From Magallana gigas (Eukaryota): a stretch of 64,000 nucleotides of DNA. Location: NCBI RefSeq assembly GCF_963853765.1, contig NC_088855.1, forward strand, positions 38,316,001 to 38,380,000, written 5' to 3'. The translations under genes and the position numbers were made by a program. Positions within the stretch are counted from its first letter, which is position 1, and every line of letters begins with the position of its first letter. This document shows, in pieces, positions 28,401-41,086 of the stretch. The notes under the pieces were generated by a model. It was not told the DNA's origin. It saw nothing but the letters and a program-made list of their open reading frames with translations, and did no database searches.

Positions 28401-31400
28401 CATGCAACATCTTATAACATTTATTGTTTATATAGATTCAATTGCCACAGTTTTACTTAACGTTGAAAGAGTGATTTTTACTACATTCACAATAATTGGT
28501 GCCGCCAAAAAATAGCGACTGAACCACAGTATTAGACTTTGTATATCACAAAGCTTCTACTATAACACTAGAAAAAAATTCTCAAACCATTGTTCTGGGT
28601 TTTTTGTACCAATTCGAGTGTATTTTTATTGGTAGCTATAAAACTGGATGAGTGCAATGTAAAGGGATACACGGCATGGTCAATGATGGATAACTTTGAG
28701 TGGCGAAGAGGATACTCGGAACGTTTCGGGATTCATTACGTCAATTTTAGTGACCCATCCAGACCAAGAACACCAAAAGCATCCGCAAGGTTCTACCAGC
28801 AGCTGATACGTGAGAACGGCTTTAAGCATGGCTACACGGCTATAGGAGGGCGGGGGGTCGCTCCGGCCATGGAGGGCCAGTTTTACTACGACAAGTTCCC
28901 GGATGATTTCGCCTGGAGTACAGCCACCTCAGCTTACCAGATAGAAGGAGGGTGGAACGAAGGAGGTACTATATTCAGTACAGTTGAACTGTGAATGTTA
29001 TACTTCTTTGTTTGGTGTCTAGAGCCGCATCTCTTAGAAGACTTAAAAAGAGATGACAATATATGCACTCGATTAAATGACTGATTTAGTATTTAACTGT
29101 ATCCATGTTGAATTCATCTCATAATTTCTTGAAACAGGAAGAGGACCAAGCGTTTGGGACACGTGGGTTCACGAATATACACACGTGGAGAAAAACGCCA
29201 CTGGAGATATAGCATGTGACAGTTACCATAGATACAAGGAGGATGTCCAGTTGTTGAAAAACTTAGGGGTAAAAAAAAATCATTTTCAATGTTTACCAAT
29301 TTGGTATTTGACAGTGTTAAAATTTATCTGTTTTGAGTGTTTTAAAAAGTTAAACTACACATTATGGAAGTTTTCTTTGAATTTTCCCAAAGGTTTTTCA
29401 ATGAGTATCATTTTCATTGAATAAATATTTCATTAGGTATCTCATTACCGTTTTTCCATCTCCTGGCCAAGGATTTTCCCAGACGGTACCAAAGAAAGTT
29501 TGAACAAAGAAGGCATTCAATACTACAGCAACGTGATTGATGAGCTTCTAAAGTTCAACATTAAACCCATGGCGACCCTCTTTCACTGGGATTTACCGCA
29601 AGCTTTAGAGGACCAAGGCGGGTGGCTGAACGAAAGCACGGTCTATCACTTCAGAGACTATGCCGATGTGTGTTTCCGAGAGTTTGGTGACAGGGTAGGT
29701 TAAATATATCAGTTTCATTTTTTTTTTATTACTTTTGCTCATTTTTATAAACAGTTTACTCAAGATATTCCATTCAGACATCAATATTATCTAAAATTTT
29801 AGACACAATTTAACACCCATATAGAACAAAAATGTTACGTACTCAGGAAATTACAGATGGAATATTTTTTTTTACAATCTTTCTAATTTATTTTCAATAT
29901 ATATTACATGTATATTGTGATTTAGGTTAAATTGTGGATATCTTTCAATGAACCTGGGCTAACGGCATGGACTTGTTACGGAAATGGTGGAATGGCGCCG
30001 GGTCGGCACGGGCACCCGGGGACCTACCCATATATAGTGACACGCAACATCATTCTAGCTCATGCGGAAGGTTATCATGTTTTGAAAAAGAAGTACCCTC
30101 AACAGAAGGGTATGTTGATCAGTTGGAATTTATTTCTAAACACTGTGTGCAGGACAATGTAATGGTGTTATTTGTACCAATCATATTCGTTCTTACGGTA
30201 TTTCCCCTTGCCCCTTAGGTCAGTATGGAATCACGTACAGTATTGGCTGGGCGGAACCTAAAGATCCGTATAAACCTGAGGATATTGAGGCTTCCGAGAG
30301 AAAACTACAATTTGATGCAGGGTGGTTTCTTAATCCAATATATATAAATGGCGACTACCCAGAGGTTATGAAAAAGAAGGTAGCAGAGAAAAGCGCCGCC
30401 CAAAATTTCACTTCTTCACGTCTTCCGCCATTTACAGAGGAAGAAAAACGCCGCATCAATCGTAATCCATTTTCAGTTAAATTCTATTGCTAGCCAATCA
30501 TAAGAAATAAATATTTCTCGGTAACACATCAGACAAATCTTAAAGAATTCAAAATATTCACTTTTAAAAGTTCGCGTTTTAGGCAAATCAAAAGGAATTT
30601 TTTTTCTACATTCAAATAACGTGGATGTCATTTGTTACACTTTTTGAAGAATTATAATTTTGATAAGTTTTACTAACTTAATGAATAAAAAAAAAGAAAA
30701 CAAAACAATACTTTGTGAGATATATTGCACAATTAGGCCAGCATTTTTTAAAATTTCGATTTACAAACCCGCCGACCCTATTTTTTAAAAATTCAAATAA
30801 AAATAAAAGGATCTGAACTAGCTATTTATTTTATTTTTTCCTCCGACCCGAAGTTTTCTTTCTGGTAAAAATAAAAATAAATGTTGATGCAACCACGTAT
30901 GTGTAGTCTGAATTATTGTTGTTCATGCATTGATTTAATAAAAAGACCAAGTTCTTTCCGATCAAGTCACAGGCACTAGAAGTCACAAAAAACCACCAAA
31001 GGGCCTACTCCTGTTTGCTTTCGTCCAACCCTACAATTTACGACCCTATTAAGTTTTGTGATCGGCAACTTAGCCAGAATTTCCTCAATAAAGAGAAGTT
31101 GAAGTCTTTTTCTATCACAATTCTGTAAATTAAAAAAAAAACACCTCATTGATAAGAAAATGATAAGTTACTTTAAAAAAAAACATTTTTGCAAAATAAA
31201 TTCTAGAATAATCATAATTTAACCGTTTGGAAATAGATCCTCTACATAACGGTTGTACATTTGTAAGTGGGTCATAGGGTTGGACTAATAACCCTAAACA
31301 CACTGAACACAGGTCTTATGACTGAAGGAAAGAGAATAATTTTATTTGTCATTAAGGTTAAAGCTAACAAAATAACGAAACATTTCCTTTATTAAAGGTA

Positions 31401-34400
31401 TAGTTACATAAATAAATAAAATTTTAAAAGTTATTTAGTCTTTTTTAAATAAAAAAACTTGTTTGATTTTTTACTGACATTTATGGACATGCTTCTAATC
31501 CAATTTATTTTCAGTAACAATATTTTAAATTTTGAATTTGTGAATAGCATTGTTAATTTAATCAAATAAATTATTTCTCAAACTTCTTCCTATTTTTCTG
31601 CAAGGAAGAAGTGAAAACTCCCTTATTTTTTTTTTTTGGTCTTAATGTATATGTACAGTATGTACTTGTATTTATAAAAAAAAAAAACCTTCGTTTTTAT
31701 ACATGCATGTACAATATATCAACACAAATTTTCAGTGCCCATGGATAAAATATGTTATGATAAGAACATCACCAACAACCAAAATTACTTAGATATTTTT
31801 AAAAAATGGCAGCTCCTAAACACATGTTCTTATTTTAAAAATAAAAAAAATATTGTTGAAAAATTGTTTTATTTTCATTTTTTTTCTTGACGGACAAATT
31901 TTTCAATTTTATTTTTATTTTTTTTCCCTCCTCCTCACCAAATAATTTGAAAAATATTTCGTAAATCTAAAAATAAAAAAAATGCTGGCCTTAATACGAT
32001 TGGTGTATACGTAAATGATTGAAATTTTCTGTTGAAGAAACCGGTGACTTTTTCGGATTAAACCATTACTCCTCCTCCTACTTCTTCCCAAGAGAGCACG
32101 ACATTACTGATGTGTCTTATGAGGCTGACCAAGACGTGGGAAGTGAAAATGATCCAAAGTGGCTGGGGTTGGTATCAAAACCTTTTCTTTGTATGTACCT
32201 GCATATGTAAATTACTTTTTATTTTCGTTTGCAAACTCTTTCCAAATCACTAGGTAAAAATCAGTTGAAAATGCTTTTCATTTGGTACATGTACTTCGCT
32301 CTTGCATATGGACTGATTAGCATTTGTATGTTAATGTTGATTTTCCAATTATGGTAAGACATGTATTTCACAAAAAGGAGGATGTCTCTGTTGCAGCATA
32401 GACATTTCCAAAAGATTTTTTCTTCATTACAGATCTGGATCTTCTTGGTTATTTGTCACTCCATTCGGGCTGAGAAAAGTTTTAAATTGGGTGAAAATGA
32501 CCTATAACAACATTCCCGTTTACATAACGGAAAATGGTGTATCGGATAGAAACGGATCACTTAACGACTACAGTCGCGTATACTTCTATAGAAACTATAT
32601 CAACGAAATGCTGAAAGGTACATAAGTCAAATCGAAATTTCATATGCTTCATGTAAAAAATAAACTCAGTAGTTTTTTTTTTTACATGTCGACAGTCTCT
32701 TCATGTTTTGTGCTATTAATTCTACGGAATTATTATCTTTTTATTCAGCTGTTAAACTCGATGGCTGCAATGTGAAAGGTTATGCAGCATGGTCATTTAT
32801 GGACAACTTTGAATGGAACACTGGCTACGCCGAGAAGTTTGGAATGCACTACGTTAACTTCAGTGATCCAGAACGACCTCGAACCCCGAAACTATCAGCA
32901 GTCCTCTACAACCAACTGATCAAAGACAACGGTTTTCTTGAAGATGCTGCTACTTCCCCTTCTAAAGGAAAAGAGCTGGGTGTCTACCGAGAGCTTCCGT
33001 ATGCAGATAAGTTCTATTACGGAACATTTCCGAAAGAATTTGCTTGGGGCGCCTCCACTTCGGCTTATCAAATAGAAGGAGCCTGGAATGAAGACGGTAA
33101 AATATATGTACGGTTAATTAATTGGAATAATTTTAAGCATTTGCTATAATGGTTTAATGTGTGGCTTTATATCTCATTCAGGTAAAGGAGAAAGTAATAT
33201 TGACAAAATGACTCATAGTGACTTTGAATCAACCGATGGAAACATTGCCTGCAATAGTTATAAAAAATTTAAAGAAGATGTGAGAATATTAAAAGAAACG
33301 CACGTAAGTGATTTAAATATAAATCTGCATCAAGGTATGAAACTTTCTTTCCTTTACTTCAAAATTTACATGAATAAGTATTCATCTATAATTACGGTTA
33401 TATTTTGATGTTTCAGGTGTCATTTTACCGTTTTTCAATATCCTGGAGTCGAATTTTACCTGAAGGAAATGTCAGCGATGTTAATCACTTAGGGATTCAA
33501 TACTACATGAACATGACAGACGCACTGATAGACGCAGGAATCACCCCTGTTGTGGTCATGCATTACTATGACATGCCGATTACAATATATAACCAAGGCG
33601 GATGGAAAAATCCAAACACAATTCATCTCTTTGTTGAATATGCACGAGTTTTATTCAAAGAGCTAGGTTCCAGGGTACTGTACAATATTTATATAATAAT
33701 GTTACATTTATTTCAGCGGTCTGTCTGTTTTGTAATTAATTCGATGTCACAATTATATTGACTCATGATTGAATTGTTGTAGGTCAAATATTGGATAACT
33801 ATCAATGACCCATACTCTGTGTCAGTTGGTTTGGATGCTAATGAAGAAAACCCACATACAACTGGACATAATTTGATAAAAGCCCATGCATATGTGTACA
33901 AATTGTACAAGGAGGAATTCAAGGAACAACAAAAAGGTTTAGCGTATTTACAATACACAACAATTATTATCACAATTAATAAATTAACAAATATTTAGAA
34001 TTGGGTCATTTAAATACATTATTTTAATTTAGGTCACGTGGGAATTTCTCTTCGCGCTGATTGGTTTGAACCTGTAACACCTACCGACCCATCTGATATT
34101 GAAGCCACCAACAGGAAAATGGAACATTCTTTTGGATGGTTTGCGCATCCAATTTTTGTTAACGGCGACTATTCACAACTGCTCAAGTCAATATTAGAGA
34201 AAAAAAATACAACTATCCCCAAATTTACAGATTACGAATCAACGCTGATTAAAGGTTAGATATGGTAGTTAATCCATTATGTGAACATTCTGTGTGTGTG
34301 GTCATTGCAGATAACAGTTGGCTCTCGTTAAAAATGTATTGAACTATAACATTTTTTCTGTAGATTCTTCTGATTTCTTGGGATTGAATTTCATATCAAC

Positions 34401-36968
34401 ATTTAAAGTAAAATCAAAAGAAAATGATTTTAAAGGATTTGAGTTTGAGACAGATACAGAGATAACTTTCAATTCCTCGTGGCCTAGGTGAGTGTCAAAA
34501 GTACATTTAACTTTATCATAAGTTTACTGTGTCCAGTGAATACTAATTACCGATAAAAACAGATAACAGATAATTAAATTATCAGAGGGGAAATCACAAT
34601 CAACTAATACGTTACTAAAAAAAATTATTTGTGCTTAGAATAGAATAATTACTTTTAGAATAAATAAAAAAATCCAGTGTCCAAAATTTACCATAAGCAA
34701 TAAGGTTAGTGTTTGAAGAAAGATATTTCAAACTTATATATTCAGGTGCAATGGTTTTCAAAATAATTCCATATACATGTTATTTTACTTTGACAGAAGC
34801 AGCATAGCAACCATAAGGTTTGTACCGTTTGGTCTTCGAAAGGTTTTGAACTGGATTAAGGATAAATATCACAATGTCACAGTATACGTCACAGAGGCTG
34901 GGTTTCCAGATGACTCGGGGACTCTACAGGATAACACTAGGGTAAAATTCTACAAGGAGTACGTCAATGAAGTATTAAAAGGTGCGTTCGTTAATACAGT
35001 AAACAATAGCATCAGCTTGTAGTCACTATCGGGATGATACTCAATTATATCGCATTAATGATGTTGAGATTTTGAGAGTTAACCAGAACAATAGACTTGA
35101 GTACATTAACTGGAACTGTATTTATGCCAAAATTGTATTATTGTTACAATGTATTTACATTCTTTTGTTTTGTTTCTATTTTCAGCTGTTAGATTGGATA
35201 AATGTAATGTTAAAGGATTCAACATTAAAAGCCTGATAGACGATGTCGATTACACCGGAAGTATAAAACATAAATACGGAATTTACAAAGTGGATTTCAA
35301 TGATCCATCAAGACCTCGAACAAGAAAATCTTCAGCTAATTTCATAACAAATATTATAAAAGATAACGGCTTTCTACAGGGAAAATCTTACTCTGTTGAA
35401 TCAGGCATAGGGGAATTTAATCCAAACTATCCTTACAGGCCATTGAGACAGGAAAATGAGATGTATTCTGGTAGTTTTCCTCACGGTTTTGTATGGAGCA
35501 CAGCTACAGCGGCTTACCAGGTAGAAGGCGGATGGGACGCCGATGGTAAGTCAAAATAAGATTGATGAAAGTTTTTGAAAGTATCCTTGTAGAATAAATG
35601 TACATTAGCTATACCTCCATATTTTATTCCAATACATGAAGACAAATTGACGCGAACGTCTGAGAAAACATTGGATTGAAACAGTTACTGTGTTTTTAGA
35701 AGATTTCAGAGAATTGTGCTTAATTATTATGATGCATGTTTTTTAAAATCAGGTAATTAAGATGAAATAAAGAATGTAGCTTAAAATGCATCACCGTGAT
35801 AATAAGGTGAAACAGTTTAATACTGAGAAACTTTGACTTTACATTACATGATGGCAAAATTTGAAATCGTCAACAGTTACTGTATTAATTAAGTAATAGG
35901 AACCAATATCAACTGCTAGGTGTTTATATTAATTTACGCTTATCTTGTAAAATACGTTCTTAACTAAATTATTAATAACAGCAACTTTTTAATTTAATTG
36001 ATTTTGGTTTACTAACATACAAAAACTATGGTAATTATACCCTCACATGGAATACGCAGGTAAAGGCAAAAGCAACTGGGATGTTTTCTCTCAAGAGCCT
36101 GGACATATAGTTAATAATGACAATGGAAACATAGCCTGTGACAGTTACCACAATTATAGAACAGACGTAGAGCTTCTGAAGAATCTAAAGGTTTGAGTAC
36201 TAATACACATTTTATTGGAAATGCAACAAGTTACTGTTGAAAAAATGTCATGTTGCTGTAAAAGTTTCCTAGAACAAACCCGATTTACAAACTGTTGTCT
36301 ACATGGTTTCTATGCACATTGCTAGGTAACACACTACAGATTCTCTATATCGTGGTCTCGGATACTGCCACTGGGGACGCTGGAAAAAATCAACCAACCA
36401 GGGATAGATTATTACAACAAGTTGATCGATGCCCTTCTAGAGGCTAATATCGCTCCAATGGTGACCCTCTACCACTGGGACACCCCACAGGCCTTCAACA
36501 ACAGCGGGGGCTGGCAAAATAGCACTATATCTGACCATTTTGCCAACTACTCCAGATTGTGCTACGAACGGTTTGGTGACAGGGTAATGATATTGAGAAA
36601 TCTACCTTGTGTCGGTGATTCAGATTCTGTCATAATATTGTCATATCAAACCGCTGCTATAACTTCTTTTATATTTCATTCGTCAGGTAAAACTTTGGAT
36701 AACTCTGAATGAACCCTGGGTAGTCTCTAACCTAGGCTACGAGCTTGGCGTGAATGCCCCTGGTATAAAAGGGAGGGGGGATCGTATCTACCAAGTGGCT
36801 CACAACCTCATCAAATCTCACGCCAAAGCTTACAGAGTCTATGAAAAAGAATTCAAACAAAAACAAAAAGGTAATCATGCTTTATTCGGATATAAAACAT
36901 TAAAATATGTAATAATCTAGGAATGATTTAGAGAATATCGAATGATATGTAACAGTTCTGAATATATT

Positions 36969-37048
<80 letters not shown>

Positions 37049-40000
37049 GTATATAGTAATACGACTACATTTAATTTTTACCAATGTTCAGATTAATGTA
37101 TATGCATAATAACAAGAGAGAAGAAATTAGACTTCAGATAATTATTATAACAGGACAAGTGGGTATAACGCTGAATACGGACTGGCAGGTTCCAAAGAAC
37201 CCGGAAAACCCCAGCGACCTGGAGGCCTCCGAACGAGCCATCGACTTCATGTTAGGGTGGTTCCTCAATCCAGTGATGAAGGGAGATTATCCCAAAGTGA
37301 TGAGAGATCAGGTAGACAGGAAAAGTCGGGAACAGGGACTGCCAACTAGCCGGCTTACTAGGTTTACCCAAGCTGAACAAATGGATATAAAAGGTGTACT
37401 GATGATGGAGTTTAATTGAATGTCGAAGGGGGGATTCAAATAGGAAATTCGGGGGTTTTTTTCCAGAAACTTTAATAGTTGCTTCAAAAATTAAACTTAA
37501 ACTTTATGCATAGAGTTAAGTTTTTCAAATAATATTTACGAAATATAAAAAAAACTGTATTGCAGGTTCATACGATTTTCTTGGAATAAATTTCTACACG
37601 TCGAACGTTGTGACCTACAAACCATCGACTGGACAGAGCTACAGTGCTGACGGTGACATCGATATCACAAAGGACCCGGAGTGGCTGGGGTGACCACGAT
37701 TTCTTATATTTCTTCTTACAGAATTTTGTTATGTCTTTAAAAATTTAATAACGAAAGTAAATCAGTACGTGACATCTAAAGGATCCGTCAAATGATTTTG
37801 AAAAGTAGAATGATACTTTGAAAATTTATTAAGTTTTCAAGTTTACTAACATTATTTTATCTTTTACTTTGGTAATTTGTATGGTGTAGAAGTACATGTC
37901 AATCAAAATACAATAAACCATCATAAAGATGTGATACGGGTATATTTTTCGAAAAAAAAATCGTTACGTCCTGGGACAGAAAGAGTTCTCAATTAATTTG
38001 CTATACTCATCAATATTTAAGATTGCTTTTTCTTACTGAATTATATTCATCAATAGGAATTGATCAGCAATAATTTTTCATACCTGTGATTGAATACAGA
38101 TCTGGCTCCGACTGGCTAAAGGTGACCCCTGTCGGGATCCGCCGAATGCTGAACTGGATCAAGTACACGTACGGAGATTTCCCCATTTACATAACAGAAA
38201 ATGGAATCTCGGATAGAAACGGATCTCTACAGGACGAGCATAGAATATTTTATTACAAACATTACATTAATAATGTTCTTAAAGGTAAGGATCATTAGCA
38301 AATCTGTATTGTATTCTTGATGTAAAATTTTATTTAAGAAAAAGAAGCAAAAATAAAATTAAAACAACATAAAACATGTCCAATCAGAAATACAAGTATA
38401 TAAAAGCTACAATGTCTTGATAGCTAAAATTTATATGCAAACAAATTCGGTTATAGACGAAATCGGATTTGTCCCTCTGACCAATTCTCATAGGTGATGC
38501 AACACGGTATATCAAATGTATTTACTGTCCTGTGAGCATGATCTTGAGAAGAGAATATCAAATTGATATCTTTAAGATAACGATATTCCATATAATAATT
38601 CAATCTTTTTAAAATTTGGATTTTCTTTTTCTTTTAGCCATCGTGACTTTTTGAAGAAAAAAAATTATTTTCATGACAGAAATTAAATGGTTGGAATGTG
38701 TATCAATTATATATCGCTATTTTTGTTCGCTACCATCCAATTTTAAACTACATAAATGATAAATGCATACAGTTTTCCTGTTGCATATTATATTTTTAAA
38801 GTGAACATTCTTGTATCTTGTACACATAGCTATACGTCTTGATGGGGTAAACGTTCGAGGGTACACGGCATGGTCATTAATGGATAACTTTGAGTGGGCA
38901 CGTGGGTATACGGAACGCTTCGGACTTCACTATGTTAACTTCAGCGATCCTGAGCGACCACGCACACCAAAGGAAAGCGCCCGTTTCTTTAAAAAACTCA
39001 TTGAAAACAATGGCTTTCCTGACGAAAAGTCGAAGTTCTCTTTTCCGTTTGCATTGGAACCAGCCTTTCCAGGAAATAATCCTTACCGGGCACTTTTTGA
39101 GGAAGACGACTTCTACTACGATTCTTTCCCAGAAGGCTTTGCGTGGAGCACTGCCACATCGTCGTATCAAGTGGAAGGAGCTTGGAATAAGGATGGTAAG
39201 ATTTAAATGGGATCATTCCTGCCATATATATATATTAAGAAATGTTAAAGGAGGTTTGAAATATTCTTTGATATTTATAATTACAGAATATAATATCCCA
39301 ATTAATTTTTACTGTACTAGTATTTGACCAGCATTGTAAAAAATCCTGATTTTAAAATACGAAGGTAAAAATTTAAAAATCCGTAGCGGCACTCATACTC
39401 ATGAAAAGTAATCATTAGCTAACGCTCTAATAAACTGAAAATTAATATAAAAAAAATAGTTGAAAATAATTTTAATTTTCGAAAAGTGGATGATTACTTA
39501 CTAAAAGGAGTTATCTCCACAGGGGGAACCTCTGTCATTCAGTCAGCTAAATGGTAACTGAATGGTCTGGAAATGTGACTGAATGACATACATGTAGCTA
39601 GGCCAATCAGTCAGATTTTAGTAACCTTTTAGTTGACTGAATGGCATAACTTCATCCTGTCCCCAATGATTTGATCCTTACAATATCCTTAAATGACTGT
39701 CGGATCTATTCTTCCTTTCAGGTAAAGGTCTTGGAATATGGGATGTCTTCAGCCACACACCTGGTAAGGTAGTCAACAATGACACGGGTGACGTTGCATG
39801 CAATAGCTATGACAAGTTTCACGAAGATATCAAACTGTTAATGGATATGAAGGCAAGTATTTTAAGATGCAGATGTATCCGGTTTTTTTTACCAGTTAGC
39901 AGTAAGATTAAATTTTTTTCTTTGTAAGCAATCGTTCGGATAAAAAATACAATTGTACCGTTATAAGTCTGATTCTCCCTTTTATGAATCAAGTTAAAAG

Positions 40001-40658
40001 GCTATTTTTTTCTTTTGATTTTGTCATCGCGAGTTTTTCTTAAACATGACTGTATTTATATTTTAATTTAAATCATAATGCTTTTAGATATCATAATTAT
40101 AGATGTAACGCACGACTTTTAAGTTTTCAAAAGGACGATTACGGATAAAGCAGTTACTTGAAAATATAATCCCAACTCAATAAAGTTCATGCGCGGATCC
40201 AGAATTAATTTCCAGGGGGGGGGGGTGTTTCAACGGTTATTTGAGTTTGCCCGGGGGGGGGGTGGTGTCCGAAGCATATTTTGGTAATTTTATAATTCAA
40301 ATTAATGAAATTAGAATTTTGCAGACCCCCTGACCCCCCTTATGAGTTTAACTATATAGTTATATATTTACTTTACGCTTAACCTGCGTTTAGGTTACAC
40401 ACTACCGTTTCTCGCTATCATGGCCACGAATCTTACCTGATGGAACCACACAGAATGTGAACTCCCTGGGAATACAGTACTACAGTAGTCTGATTGATGC
40501 AGTCCTAGACGCCGGAATCGCCCCAATGGTCACTCTGTACCACTGGGATCTCCCACAAGCCCTAATGCAATATGGCGGCTGGCAAAGTGAACGCACGGCC
40601 GAATTGTTTGCCGAATACGCTAGGTTTTGCTTTTCTCTGTTTGGAGATCGGGTATGTG

Positions 40659-40727
<69 letters not shown>

Positions 40728-41041
40728 ATTTTAAATACGGTTACTGAAGGAAGCAGTAAACGGATAAAGAGTTTCTTTTCTCCTAGGTAAAGTTTTGGAT
40801 AACATTGAATGAACCGTTTGTCGTCTCAAACCATGGCTACGAGATCGGAGTTATGGCACCTGGTTTAACAGGAAAGGGCGATCGAATATACCAAGCTGGT
40901 CATAATTTGATTAAGGCGCATGCGAAGGCGTACCACATCTATCAGAACGAGTTCAAACGGGCTCAAAAGGGTACGTGAATATTAAGTGCTTTTGTGGTTC
41001 CATCAGGTAACGTATATCACAGCGAATTTTATTTACATGTA

Positions 41042-41086
<45 letters not shown>

